From the NCBI RefSeq assembly GCF_964204645.1, contig NC_134027.1, forward strand, positions 2,140,485 to 2,204,484: DNA of 64,000 bases, written 5' to 3'. The DNA comes from Tubulanus polymorphus. Lineage: Eukaryota > Animalia > Nemertea. Below are positions 11,717 through 24,470 of the stretch, piece after piece. Numbering within the stretch: position 1 is the stretch's first letter; each line of letters begins with the position of its first letter. The notes beneath the pieces are model-generated. The model did not search any database. It was not told where the DNA came from and worked only from the letters and a program-made list of their open reading frames with translations. A program made the translations under genes and the position numbers.

Positions 11717-14700
11717 ATGTCTACAAAATATGACCTTTTTTCGGGACTGTTGAAGCTGGTTCGCGCCGAGGTGCTGACTCTAGACCCTGAAACCCTCGGC
11801 GCGTTTTTTGATTTGAGTAAGTACAAACTCTACTTCATCAATCTTAATTAGATCATCTTGAATACCTCAAATTCTCGATTATTTTTGACGAAAATCTCAA
11901 ATTATTTGATTTCCAACATCTGAAATTATTTGATCTAAAATTCACAATTATTTCATCTCAAATCTCCGCATTATTGGATATCCTAAATCTCAAATTGTCT
12001 CAATCTCAATTATTTCGAATATCATCAATTAAAAAATCTAATATCGTCTAATGTCAATTTCATTCAATCCTCTTTAATTTCGGGAAACTCAATTTATGTC
12101 TCACACTGATTTAATTTTGAAAATATCATTTTATGTTTCTAGTCTTTTATTCTATTTCAAATTTCAATTGTTCGATTATAAATTTTTCATTTTGACGAAT
12201 GATGCAATTCTGTCACCACCCTTAAACTCGATTGAATTTGGTAACAAATCTAATGGTGAATAAATTTTGAATTGAATTGAATAGTGAGTAGAGGCTCTGG
12301 TGGATGAGAATTAACTTGAGGAAGTAACCTCATTTCCTGGTTCCTGGTTTCGGTTTCAAATATCGTCGAAATTGTGATATATTCCTCATGTTATTCATTT
12401 GAATGCTGTATCCAGTCAATAGAGATAAGTTACAACATAAATAGTTAAAACTGTCTAGGCCTCCAGACCAATGCACTTCATAGAAAATCCTGATTTACGT
12501 TCGATAAATCAAGTAATTGGACTGCGCAGTTCAGTCCATTTACTATTTAGTCAGTAAGCAGACTTCAGTTTAGTCCATATTTTAATCAGTAACTGGACTG
12601 GCCGGGTTTAGTCCATAGTGTATTTAGTCAATAACTGGACTGCGGTTAGGTCCATATTTTAGTCAATAACTGGACTGCGATGTAGTCCATAGTTAAGTCA
12701 ATAACTGAACTGCGGTTAGGTCCATATTTTAGTCAATAACTGGACTGCGTTTTAGTCCATAGTTTAGTCAATAACTGGACTGCGGTTTAGTCCATAATTT
12801 TGTCAATAACTGGACTGCGGTTTAGTCCATAGTTTAGTCAATAACTGGATTGCGGTTTAGTCCATAGTTTAGTTAATAATTAAGTCAGGAACCGGATAGC
12901 TGTTTTGTCCGTATCCAGATACCCGTCACATTTTGGGACCAACATTTTAGATACCGCTGAAAAGTAGCACTAGTATTTACGTTACTTTTGTTTTTCTCTG
13001 CGACTCCAGGATCCGAAAACATGTGATTTTCTTTTTTATTAATCATTCGTCAATCGTCAGGAAATTCAGGATCACTATTTTTGATTTATTGGTTAAACTT
13101 TGTTCTTCGTATCTCTAGGTAGTTGCTCACAACAGTTTGAGATCCCGAGATTATAGCGGGAAGGAGGTATACCTCGCAACTGCTATCATTTCGGCGATCT
13201 ATTCTAAAGCCACACCCACTCGATGTTTATACTAGATCTAAACTAAGGATATGATGTTTGATAGGAATGTCTTTCACTAGCTCGGCTCATAGTCCGAATC
13301 TTCATCGCCTAATTGTTGGCAAATCCTAGATATTGCGGCCTTGCGGCAAATACAGTTTACACACGATTTATTTCTAATGGATTCATTATTACGGTCAATG
13401 GTTGGTGCCTCGTTAGGTACTGAGTCTTATACAGTGAGTTTACTCAGTATCGGGACCACAGTTTAGTCAGTATCAGGACCACAGTTTACTCAGTATCGGG
13501 ACCACAGTTTAGTCAGTATCGGTACCACAGTTTAGTCAGTATCAGGACCACAGTTTAGTCAGTATCGGGACCACAGTTTAGTCAGTATCGGGATCACAGT
13601 TTACTCAGTATCGGGACCACAGTTTAGTCGGTATCCGGACCACAGTTTAGTCAGTATTGGGACCACAGTTTAGTCAGTATCGGTACCACAGTTTACTCAG
13701 TATCGGGACCACAGTTTAGTCAGTATCAGGACCACAGTTTAGTCAGTATCGGGACCACAGTTTAGTCAGTATCGGGACCACAGTTTAGTCAGTATCGGGA
13801 CCCCAGTTTAGTCAGTATCAGGACCACAGTTACGTCAGTATCCGGACCACAGTTACGTCAGTATCCGGACCACAGTTTACTCAGTATCGGGACCACAGTT
13901 TACTCAGTATCGGGACCACAGTTTAGTCAGTATCGGGACCACAGTTTAGTCAGTATCGGGATCACAGTTTAGTCAGTATCGGTACCACAGTTTACTCAGT
14001 ATCAGGACCATAGTTTAGTGATTTATTTCGTTCTGAGACCAGATTTTATCAAATTTCCGATAGGCCGATAATTCAGATAGGCCTACCCTTTGACTTCATG
14101 TTTTTTTTCAGAATTCTTTTATTTTCTTAAAGCCATGAAATGTATTTCCTCTACCGTTATCCAGGCCTGACATTTATCTAGGTCTATCCTGTTTTACACC
14201 TTACAAGTTCGACGGCAACATTTCATATTGTTTTTTCTGTAAACGGCTGCAGCTGTATTTATAGTGAATTATTCCACTGAATAATTCTATACTTGAAGGG
14301 TAAGTAGTGACTTATTTGAAATACTTAATGAATGCATGTGATATAATAGGCCTAAATTTTAAATATCGTTTATTGTTCGCTGTTTAATGATGTTTGATTT
14401 TTATAGATAAAAATCTTATTGTAATTTGTAGTGAATGGATTTGATTGTATGAAGTTGCAGCAGCAGACAGTGTCGTGTGAAATGGTTTTTACCCCTGATG
14501 GTTGTTTCTGAAGGTACAGTAGTGGACAGTGTCGAGTGAAATGGATCTTACCCCGACGGTTGTTTCTGAAAGTAAAAGTTGAAGATTTTTGATTGATGAT
14601 GAAACACAGAAAATACAGAAGGATATATTGCAATTTTTTCGAACTAAAATTCGGTGAAAATTCATTTTACAAAAATGTATCAAATTTTATTGGATTTTTT

Positions 14701-17700
14701 GCCCTTAATGATACTGTAGACTTCACTTAAACTGGTAGACGGTCTATATCTAGTATAATCTGTTCAATTCGATGAAATAAAGATGAAATGTTGTTTTTCA
14801 ATACATATGTTTTGCCTTTTCTGGTATTGCTCTGTTCGATGATAATAATGATAATAATAGTATATGTCTAATATAGCCCTAAAACCAGCAGCTGCTCAGA
14901 GCGCTTCACATTTTCGGTTTTATTGCCCCAGCCATTTAATAGTCTCCTGGGGTGAGGTAACATTCGAACAGCTGCTAGGCGCTCGGGGGTCATCTATCGG
15001 CCAAGGTACCCATTTACTCCTGGGTGGAGAGAGGAAATGAGGATAAGTGTCTTGGCGGGGACACAATGGTAATGTACAGGTTCGAATCCACGATGACCTG
15101 GTTTCCCAGAATGCTTCCCGTATCCCGTAAATGTTCACTTCATTTCCGTTTATTCTCTGCCTAAACCGGTAAACTGTAATGGCTGTTCGCCTATATTATA
15201 GAATACATGTATATACTATCAACCTTCTATCTCTGTTAGCAAAAATACATAAAAACATTAGAACATCTTTATGTATTTTTGCTGTTAGTGATTAGGCCTT
15301 ATGTTCTATGTGTAATTAGAGAAAAACCCTCAGAGTGCCCATCATTGTTATCTAAAAAGTAGGAAAATCAGTAGAAACTTTGGAGTTCCGTAGAGTGAAA
15401 ACTGTAAGAGATAGAGCGTTATGGTAATTGAAAAGTTTGTAGGGTATATGATCCTTGGAAAATTTTGGTGGTAATTTTTCTTACTGAAAGTGACGTTCTA
15501 TGCAAATGAGCTAATTTGCATGAATTATAATCGGTGACCTATTTATTTGATAAGCCTCTAAATTTCATGTATCAAAATGAACAAATCAGGTATCTAGCCT
15601 CAGCTAACAGCTGACAATGGAATATTCTATGTCTACGGTCAGAAATATATAATGTACGGGTAATTATAATTAGAAAATGACCGAATAATTAAATCACGTG
15701 ACCTCCGGATAAGTACCCGCTACTTTCAAACGCAAAAAACTCAAATATTTTGAATTGCAACACCACAAAAACGCAGCATAAAAACAAACTTACGGGCACT
15801 GCCATTTAATCAAGCCATCTAGCGGCAGATTTCTCTGCTGAATTCTATGCGAAAAACTAAAAATATAACTGCTATAAGAAATGTCGACTAAAGTCGACAG
15901 GGCTCTGTACGACCTGAAATAATCTGTAGACGAAAGTCGACTGGGCTCTGAAAGAGTTATAGAAGAAATTTGGGGATTCACTACATGGTCAGATTGTATA
16001 AAATACAAAGAACTTGATAATTTTGACCGCTATTAGGCTCAATAAATCTTTTCATCAATTGATTTTTGCAATTCTTAAAAGCCGGTGCCTAATAAGGTAG
16101 AAAATAGAAGGTGCCAAACTGTAGCAGTTTAGGCGGAGGCTACTGTATGATGAATATCAGCTGAAATGGTTGTGCATGGAATTTTGTTGATCTGAATAAA
16201 TGAATGGCTGCTGTACGATGAATTATACATTCTAGGTGAGTTATATAATGAATATGTGGAGTACCGATAGGCCTATTGCTGACAATGAATATTCTATTGG
16301 GAATAATGAATTACAGCCATTTATGGTTATAGTTAAATATTGTTCTTCAAAATGAATGTTTTTTATTTGTAGTGAGTGTTGTTTCTGAAGGTGCAGTAGT
16401 GGGCAGTGTTGTGTGAAATGGCTTTTACTGGTTTTAGATTCAGCGAAGTGAAATTATTTGTGTCGTTTTTCTGTTTTAATTCATGCTGTAAATAGTTTAA
16501 ACAATAAAATATTTAAAAAAAACAATCATATTTTTATCTTCATTTTTGAGAAAATTCAGTAGAAAATATACAAATTCTCCCACTTACCGTGGATGGAGTG
16601 TGGCACTGTATGCAATGAAAAAGTTTTCTACAAAATAATTGAATACATTTCTGAAGTGTGGACACATTTTTCACTCATCCATTTGAAAAGTAATTACTGA
16701 ATAAAAGGAATTATCGATTAATTTTTTGTTGATACAGCGCGACATTTGTTTTAAATTAGATCTTTTATCGTTTCAAAGTTTCCATTTCAATTGGTTGATA
16801 AATGAAAAGTTATCATGCGTGTTATTCCAAAGAGGTTCCCAGATTTTGAAACCAGGGTCATGGGTAACAATTCCATTGATTATTCATTATAATGTATAGT
16901 TTTTGTCACCTGGAACCTGGTACGTCATCACCCCAGAAAAAAAATCAAGTGTATTTTTGATTCATGATTATCTACCAAAATTGATTGTCAAGGTAATGGT
17001 AGGATGTAATCTATTACAATCAGTATTTCCATTAATGAATTAACAAAAGTGTACCCGTCCACGTACAGGGTTGGTTCTGAAATATATCAAGTATATAAGA
17101 CATGAAAATACCATTATAAAATGTGTATTGGAAGATTCAATTATCAGCCTCACTGATGATATACTGTCAACTCATCGTTATTATGTAATGGATGATGCAA
17201 ATCATGAGAGCAGTTAAAAGTGTAGTTACAACAGCGTTAGTCTACAACCAGTGACATGATCACTTCTCACAAAATAAGCTTACGATCCCTTCCAAACGTT
17301 CAAATGACCCTTCTCACCCCATCACGTCACATTCACCTATTGGATAACTGCATTATTTTATAGGTTACTATATACAAATATGATAATTATATTCGAACAT
17401 GTCATTATGTCATTTATGTGTAATATGCATGATCCTTAATGTTTTTTTTTTTTTCATTTCAGATATAGACATCATTGAAAACATCCAACATCACCAGTCT
17501 GAAGCAGCCCGCAGAGCACTTCCAGCATTAAAAGATACTTATACAAGGTGTGTATCTCTCTGCGGGCCTAAGGAACCAACTCTTCCTGAAATTGTTCCAC
17601 CTTTTGAGTTGGTTCCTTTGCAGGAGGTGGACCCTGCTTCTCCCGTAAATGTGGAGCAGGAGGTCGCCCCTGCAGTGGTGACCCCGACAGAGGCGCCACA

Positions 17701-18331
17701 GCTTCAGACGCCTTCACTGCGTCGGTCGCCCCGTCAAAAGACTAAAGATATAGATTACACAATAGGTTCGGGGCGTCCGAAAACAAAAAAAAAAGGCAAA
17801 CGTGCAGCTCGTCCTCCTCCACCTCCGCAACCAAATTTTGAGGAGGAGAGCAGTGATGAGGAGGAATTCGCCACTCCTGGAGCGACACCACCAGGGCCCG
17901 CAACTCCCCCGCCACCACCACCACCACCACGTACCAGACCACCACCACGTACCAGACCACCAACATCTAAGTCAACACCAGCATCTACGTCAACACCAGC
18001 ATCTACGTCAACACCAGCATCTACGTCAACACCAGCATCTACGTCAACACCAGCATCTGCCGGACCACCACCATCAACCGGACCACCTCCATCAACATCG
18101 ACATCGACTGGAAAAAATAGAAATAAGAAGAGAAAATATAATGATAACGAAAATGCTTCAACATCAGGCGCTCCAGTGGGGGCACCACCTTCCCCCGCTG
18201 TCGAGCTGGTGGCGCGCGGCCCTGGGTGGTCAAGAAACATCAACTACCACGATCCAATCAAAATGCTCCGCGATGTTGAAGGGGCCTTTAAAGGAAAATA
18301 TGAATTAGTTAAACGTAGGCGAACAAATTAA
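11717..18331 (+). CDS. Spliced ~322-aa disordered Pro/Thr/Ser-rich nuclear protein with E1A-like motifs (join 11717-11816, 17463-18331)
   Basis: The first coding exon ends in phase 1 at A|GTAAGT. The strong acceptor ttttttttttcatttcag| at 17462 opens a stop-free terminal exon in phase 1. The product has basic NLS clusters, SSDEEE and 18-bp (STSTPA) repeats. The splice join is inferred. Confidence 0.55.
12515..12875. repeat. 35-bp minisatellite, ~10 copies
   Basis: Unit gtttagtcaataactggactgcggtttagtccata, with an internal tggact/agtcca hairpin. Confidence 0.95.
13430..14020. repeat. 23-bp minisatellite, ~25 copies
   Basis: Unit cagtttagtcagtatcgggacca. Confidence 0.97.
14840..15125 (-). mobile_element. 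tRNA-derived CORE-type SINE with an L2-like tail
   Basis: Minus strand: ggattcgaacc B-box, core gtgtccccgccaagacacttatcctc..ccacccaggagtaaatgggtacc, and tail tgtgaagcgctctgag..gctatat..(tat)n. Confidence 0.75.
15881..16036 (+). pseudogene. Short decayed ORF, unknown product
   Basis: MSTKVDRALYDLK*SVDESRLGSERVIEEIWGFTTWSDCIKYKELDNFDRY*, with one internal stop and AATAAA directly after. Confidence 0.3.
16738..17217 (+). pseudogene. Decayed ~160-codon frame, possibly dUTPase-fold derived
   Basis: Only two internal stops in AT-rich DNA. ILKPGSWVTIPL..LSPGTWYVITPEKKSS resembles the dUTPase motif 1-2 linker pattern. Confidence 0.35.
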
Positions 18332-18799
18332 AATAACATCAGCCCCTTCACTCGCCATCACCCGGGCAACAACATCAGCCCATGCACGTCTGCAGATCGG
18401 CACTTCTTGAAACTCAGTTTTCCCTTCTACCTTCGTCGATCTGCAGGTTGCGCAGTGTTAAATATCTGTCAACACTCCTTGAACCAGTGGGCGTGCAGTC
18501 CTCCTTGCTTTTATAAAAAAAATATGAAAATAAAAAACCAGACATCATTGCATATAATCATTGCTTTTATGGAGGTTTTACGGTTTCTCCAAAAAAATTT
18601 AAAAAATTGAAAAATGATAAAAAAAATTCATTATCATTTCATCCCTTTATTTACTTTTTGGACAAAAAGAAATATTTGTCCATCATCCCATTCATTTACT
18701 TTTTAAATCATTTATTTATTTTTTTTGACTGTACGTCCCACTGTGTTCCACTCCATTTTAACCCCCATTTTTGCATTAACTCTTACCTTATTAACTAAG

Positions 18800-21720
18800 G
18801 TTCATTGTGCTTCTCACAATGCTGAAGCATTAACCCTTCTTGGCGCTACTTTGCAGCAGCAGCCATCTATACCACCTAATTGTGGCAGTAGCCTTCTTAT
18901 GAGTCATCAATTCTAATACCATGGTCGACCTTTTCAAATATCTTTCGGGATATAAACCATCCTTGCCACTACTTTGCAGCAGTAACCATCCATACCACCT
19001 GATTGTGGCAGTAGCCTTCTTAGGAGTCATCTATTCTAATTCTATGGTCAGCCGTTGTAAATCTCTTTCGAGATATGCAGGGAATCAATTCCTACAATAA
19101 CTCCTATGGAGTTTGAAAAAAAGTGGATTTTTCAAATCAAAAGGAACTGTTACGTGATTCTTTATCGAACTTTATCGAAACATGGAGAAGGAATAGCTAT
19201 GTTTCACACATAATGCGTTTCCTTATGAAGCTGAAAATAACATGGAGAAGGAACAGCTATGTTTCACATAATGCGATTCCTTAGGAAATTTCATTGAAAC
19301 AGATTTTTCAATGTTCCATGTTGCCCCCTCCCCCAAATACTATGACGTCTATACGTCAAGTGCTAAACCATTATATCGTTATTAACATACTTGTTTTTCT
19401 AATTACAGAATTAAAGATTAATTTAATATGACATGAAAACTTGAATGATTGAAATGTTAATATCTAATGCTCAACAATGGAGGGAAATCCTTCACATGTG
19501 ATCGGAGGGATTTAAAATGTTTACTCATAAGGAAAAGGGATATATATTTATATACGTGAGATTGCCCGGATTAAAAATTGCGCAAGAAAGGAAACCACAG
19601 CAAAGACTACGGTAATCAATTTCATTACATTTCTTGTGTGTGAAACCATCACCATCTGGATCGGTGATCAATGCATGAATTTATGAGTTCATAATTGAAC
19701 ATAGGATAGAATAGAAAAAAAGCTAAGATCTGCAAAAATGCAATGATTAAGAATCTCTGATAAAGAAAGTATAAAATAAAGATCTTGGATTGGAAAGTTT
19801 GTTGTATCACATCAGTGATCGGGTTTTATTGATTGATATTGATCTCTACTGATTCTAACGATCACCAGGATCAAGGGTTGAGTTCAAAATTCTTGTTAAT
19901 AATTAGTCTTAATTAATCTCTTGTTGAAATCAATAAGGCATATGAGAGAGGAGGTTCAGGGAGGTATGAGAGAGGAGGTTCAGGGAATATGAGAGAGGAG
20001 GTTCAGGGAATATGAGAGAGGAGGTTCAGGGAATATGAGAGAGGAGGTTCGGGGAATATGAGAGAGGAGTTTATGGAGATATGATAGAGGAGTTTAGAGA
20101 GATATGAGAGAGAGAGAGGAGTTTAGAGAGATATGATAGTGGAGATGGTCTAAAAGGAAAATTGTTAAGTTCATAACAATCGATCAACTCAGTAATAGAC
20201 ACCGCTCTGATAAAGTAACTCCTGGTCCTTGATCGGGGTCTAAATAGCAGGAATTGCGTTTAGCAATTGAAATATGGTTGATAGAGCGTGGAATTGTTTC
20301 CATGTAGGCGAGCAATGCATAAAACACACGTCAGATTAAGGCTGTTGAGAGTGAATTATCAATAGATTTAAGAAATCTACGCTGAAGTTGTTTTCAAGAG
20401 GTCAATCATTCATATGGTTGTTAATCTGATCAGGTTCTCAGGTGCTTCCTTCGTCCCCAAAAACGGCATAAGTTGTATCAAAGTATGTGATATAACCTAC
20501 TAATTGATTACATGAAAAGAGGCTATTTGTAGTTTCTCAGCCATTTTGCAATTATTGTTGTGAAGAGGTCACAAAATCCAAACTAAAACCAGCATCATCA
20601 ATAGATTTCTACTGACTGAGACCCGGTCATACTGCTCATGTTGAACAGTTTGTTGTATTTTTGTGGTTCCAGTTTCTCATGTTCCAAGAGAGAACAAAGT
20701 TCCTAAATTTTGAGTCCTTCAGTGCTGAAATTCCAATTTATTACAAATTTCCTAATTCCAATTTCAATTGAAATTCCAATTTACTACGAGTTTCCTAATC
20801 TTAACTTTCCAAAAGTTTGAATTTTTCCTAAAATATCTCTTGTTGAAGATTTCATTCCAGTTCTCAAAATTAATTACGGTTTTTGAATATCTGCGAAATA
20901 TCATTAATTATTTTCCTGGTTTCATTTTTTCTATTGCCCAAAATCATATTTTATGTGAATTATTATCGCTATTATTGGATTCTTTCAATGATGTTTTGGT
21001 TCGATATTATGATTGATCAAGGTGATCCATCTAAATATATTTCATTGCTATAAATTATGAATTATTCATATCTGCAAACATTTCATTGATACTTCTAAAC
21101 TAGTAATTCTTAAAAAACTATTTTACCCATATTTTTAAGACAATTGTAGAAAGTATTTTAAATTATCACAATTTTAAAGTATCTATTATATGTAAAACTA
21201 TTTTATCTCAATTTTAAAAAGATTGAAGAGACTATTTTATATCTGAATTTTAATCTATTAAAGAAACTATTTTATATCTGAATTTTAAAACACCTGTGAT
21301 ATCTAAAAACTTTTTTTATCTGAATTTTATACTATTTCATTTGTATGTATTTTATCTCAAAGTATCTTTTTAAACTATTTTATTTGTATATATTTAAAAA
21401 AAAATTTTTTTGTTTATTTAAAGACTATTTTATTTGTATATCTATTTTATTTATTTGTATTTCAATACGAACTGAAAGATCAATTTAATGAAATATTTTA
21501 TATATGACTATCACTGTGTATATTCGAACCCCAGTGATTTCATGAGAATGGAATAACTGAAGGTCCAGGTTTTATCACCGAATACTCTTTGACACAATTA
21601 CGTGGTCCACAACACAGATATAAATAGTGGTTATATAAAAGGCCCATGTTGTATATGGTGCACGCATAAAGAGCTTTTACTGTTGATAGGCTTTGTAAAT
21701 ATGAAATGTGATTGAGAACG
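18800..21720 (-). pseudogene. Adenovirus-like protein-primed family B DNA polymerase, decayed and 3'-truncated
   Basis: In order: YFRKNSNFWK (~20830; Ad YFHHINSHSSNWWR), QLVGYITYFD (~20490; ExoII IVGHNINGFD), INHISIAKRNSCYLDP (~20260; LTHTSLRKAAQAYALP), NHCIFADLSF (~19735; SHAIFRQIVF), FPPLLS (~19480; LPPFCS), IDVIVF (~19345; VDLVTL), KIHFFSNSIG (~19115; motif B KLLSNALYG). Confidence 0.7.
19941..20140. repeat. 23-bp purine-rich minisatellite interrupting the polymerase remnant
   Basis: Unit atatgagagaggaggttcaggga, degenerating rightwards. Confidence 0.9.
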
Positions 21721-21822
21721 TTTTCTCATACTTTCTTTACCTTTTTTCTTGTAGTTTTTTTCAATTTTTATTAAAGTAATTCAATGAATAATCTACTCAT
21801 TTTCAGTTGGTGTTTCACTATC

Positions 21823-21998
21823 ATGGAATGCGATGAACAAAAAACAGTCTGAGTGTATTTTTCACATGATATTTTCAGCGTCCCGTCGTATGAAATTTGG
21901 AATTTTTAATTTGTATTGATGTCATCTCAAGAAAATATATGACTGAAAACATCATATGAAAAATACACTCAGATTGTTTTTCATTTATCTCGTTCCAT
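21823..21998. mobile_element. MITE with ~55-bp imperfect TIRs; a second ~80-bp hairpin element abuts it at 22004-22084
   Basis: atggaatgcgatgaacaaaaaacagtctgagtgtatttttcacatga versus tcatatgaaaaatacactcagattgtttttcatttatctcgttccat; acaggactcagttccacagtt versus aactgtggaactgggtcttgt. Confidence 0.75.
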
Positions 21999-22329
21999 AC
22001 AATACAGGACTCAGTTCCACAGTTTGATTTGGATACAAGAATTTAAATACATATTTGTTGCATAACTGTGGAACTGGGTCTTGTTAAATTGTGAGCATGA
22101 TGTTTACGATTAATCACTAGTGCGTTTTAAACTAGATATTAAAACTTTGGTTTCAAGTTAACCTTAGTTTAGATTAGTTGGTTTTTGTTTAGTTATTTTA
22201 GTAATTTTCGCTGTTTATGAATTTAATTCGTTCCAGTTGATTTAAGTCTAATTTAGTTAAAGTTTTAGTTCATTTAGGTCAAGTTTTAACTATAGCTGTT
22301 AACTTAAATAAAGTATAAACCTCTGATAA

Positions 22330-24470
22330 ACTGAGGGTCAATTTATCTTATGATAAGTTACACTCAGGTTATTAATCAATAATCCCGTTTAAGATCTCCT
22401 TTTTTTATGCGGTTCAGAGATTTTCACTGAATAAAATAGTAACATCTTAGAATGTGATGAACTGAGGGTAAATTCAGCATTGTTGAAATTACTTTCAGGA
22501 TCATCATTAAAACAATGAATGAACTGAGGGGAATTCATCATTGTTGAAATTACTCTCATCATCATCATTAAAACAATGAATGAACTGAGGGTAAATTCAT
22601 CATTGTTGAAATCACTCTCAGGATCATCATTAAAACAATGGATGAACTGAGGGTAAATTCATCATTGTTGAAATCACTCTCAGGATCATCATTAAAACAA
22701 TGAATGAACTGAGGGTAAATTCATCATTGTTGAAATTACTCTCAGGATCATCATTAAAACAATGAATGAACTGAGGGTAAATTCATCATTGTTGAAATCA
22801 CTCTCAGGATCATCATTAAAACAATGAATGAACTGAGGGTAAATTCATCATTGTTGAAATCACTCTCAGGATCATCATTAAAACAATGAATGAACTGAGG
22901 GTAAATTCATCATTGATGAAATTACTCTCAGTTCATTGAGGATATTTTAGCATTAACACCAGTTTTTTTACCCCCCCTGTTTTCTTGTTATTGAAAGTAA
23001 CATCACTAGTTATAGAGTAGATGATTAGGTTTTTTATTGTTTGATGAACTTGCAGTTAATTAGATTGATTAATAATACAATACTCTCAGGTCATTGAAAC
23101 GTAATCTTTAATGTTATCTTAATTTTAGGGATGTAGGGTTTTACGCTGAAATAGATTATAAATGAATGAAACAATGGAATTTTAAATCAGTATTTTTTCG
23201 TTACTGTTAGAGAACTTTTATTTAGTTTTTAGGCTTTTCACTTTTTGCTTTCTCTAGATTCTAGTTTTTTTCTAAAATATTGTTGAAATTTTGTTGTGTT
23301 TTTTTAATCGATTTTAAGCTTAACTTGAGTCCCAGCAGGCTAGTGAATTCACTTTTCATCCGTTATTCGACTGGCAGAATATCAAGATGGCTGACTGGTA
23401 GCCATTCTTGTTCGCTAAAATCGGCAGTTTTACACAGTTTTGAAGTTTTTAAGGGAGGTTTCAAAGATTTCTCCAACATTTGATGTTTGATATCGATATG
23501 TATCCCCCATCATAATTAGAAATATTGGGTTGCTTTAACTTACAGTCATGATGTTTGATAATTGTTAGCATTGTCATAGGACCAGTCTTACCCCATTTTC
23601 TATTCTTCCCATCAGGGGTATTTAATTCATACAATTTTTCCATGAGTTTTGGTATTTATGCATATAACCGCAATCAATTGCATATTTGTAGCATTGGTTT
23701 TTGTTATGTTTACCGGGGGCATTGAATATTGAAATTGTCAGATTGTCAAGCATTTCACCGAGTGGGCATGGTGTCCCTCTAGTTTATATCTTATTTCACT
23801 GCTTTTAAGGTTCTCGTACACATTTCATATTTACATGCAGCTTTTTCATTCGATATATATCAATGCCATCCTCACTTGCCAGGTTTTAATTGTTGTCTGC
23901 CGAAGCTCATGCCAAGACAAACCCCGGTCGCAAACTCTTCATTGGTCTATTACGTTGTTCAAGATTTCTTGTGTAGACAGGTTGCCACTGAGAGGCCACC
24001 AGTCTATATATCTAGCCAATCAGATGCGTTGTTTTTCGCCGGCAGATTTGCTACACATCTGATTGACTAGATGTAAAGACTAGTGGCCGCTTAGCATCAA
24101 CCCGTCAACCGAAGATATTTGGACAACGTAAGATACCAATTAAGGGTTTGCCACCAGGGTTTGTTTAAGCGTGAAATTCGGTGGGCGACAATAAAACCCT
24201 GGTGATTGAGGATGTATCGATGTACATATGAACACACAAGAAGCCAAACATAATAGGCGGCATTATTATTGGGAGGTGCACCTGGCCTAATATACCGCGT
24301 GGTAAAAACCACTCTATCTGTGGTTGTGTAGTACCAGTAATTGATGATCATCGAGTGAGTGATTGGCCTGGCCCAGTTATTCCATTCTGAATTCACTTGG
24401 GTTCCGATTATGATTGACAAATAATATAAAATATTTCATCAAATTGATCGACACATTTTATCCGTACTTG
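22330..24470 (-). pseudogene. Adenovirus-like preterminal protein (pTP), decayed
   Basis: In order: WN..R, IRPGAP, shifted-frame PIIMPPIMFGF (Ad PLYRQPPPHFLVGY), KPWWQTLNW (QPGHQTVNW), Y...TG, RCVANL (RVVADL), GMSFGRQQ (GMADRLRIQQ), LDILPV (VDRLPV), IYNLFQR (LNYLFQR), LFYSVKISEP (LSFRFKLTGP). Confidence 0.72.
22457..22932. repeat. 62-bp tandem repeat, ~8 copies, inside the 3' part of the pTP remnant
   Basis: Unit tgaactgagggtaaattcatcattgttgaaatcactctcaggatcatcattaaaacaatgaa. Confidence 0.95.

Noticed and set aside
13119-13415. Adenovirus 33K-like similarity (SAIYSK..TRCLY)
   Set aside because: Too short, needs a large deletion and contains several stops.
17742-18308. Overlapping His/Gln-rich and Gly/Val-rich ORFs
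   Set aside because: Shadow frames of the low-complexity 17463-18331 exon.
18830-19030. IVa2 C-terminus similarity (DGLYPERYL..VLE..RWYR)
   Set aside because: The segment directly follows polymerase motif B, the match depends on a tandem-duplication junction, and no Walker A motif is present.
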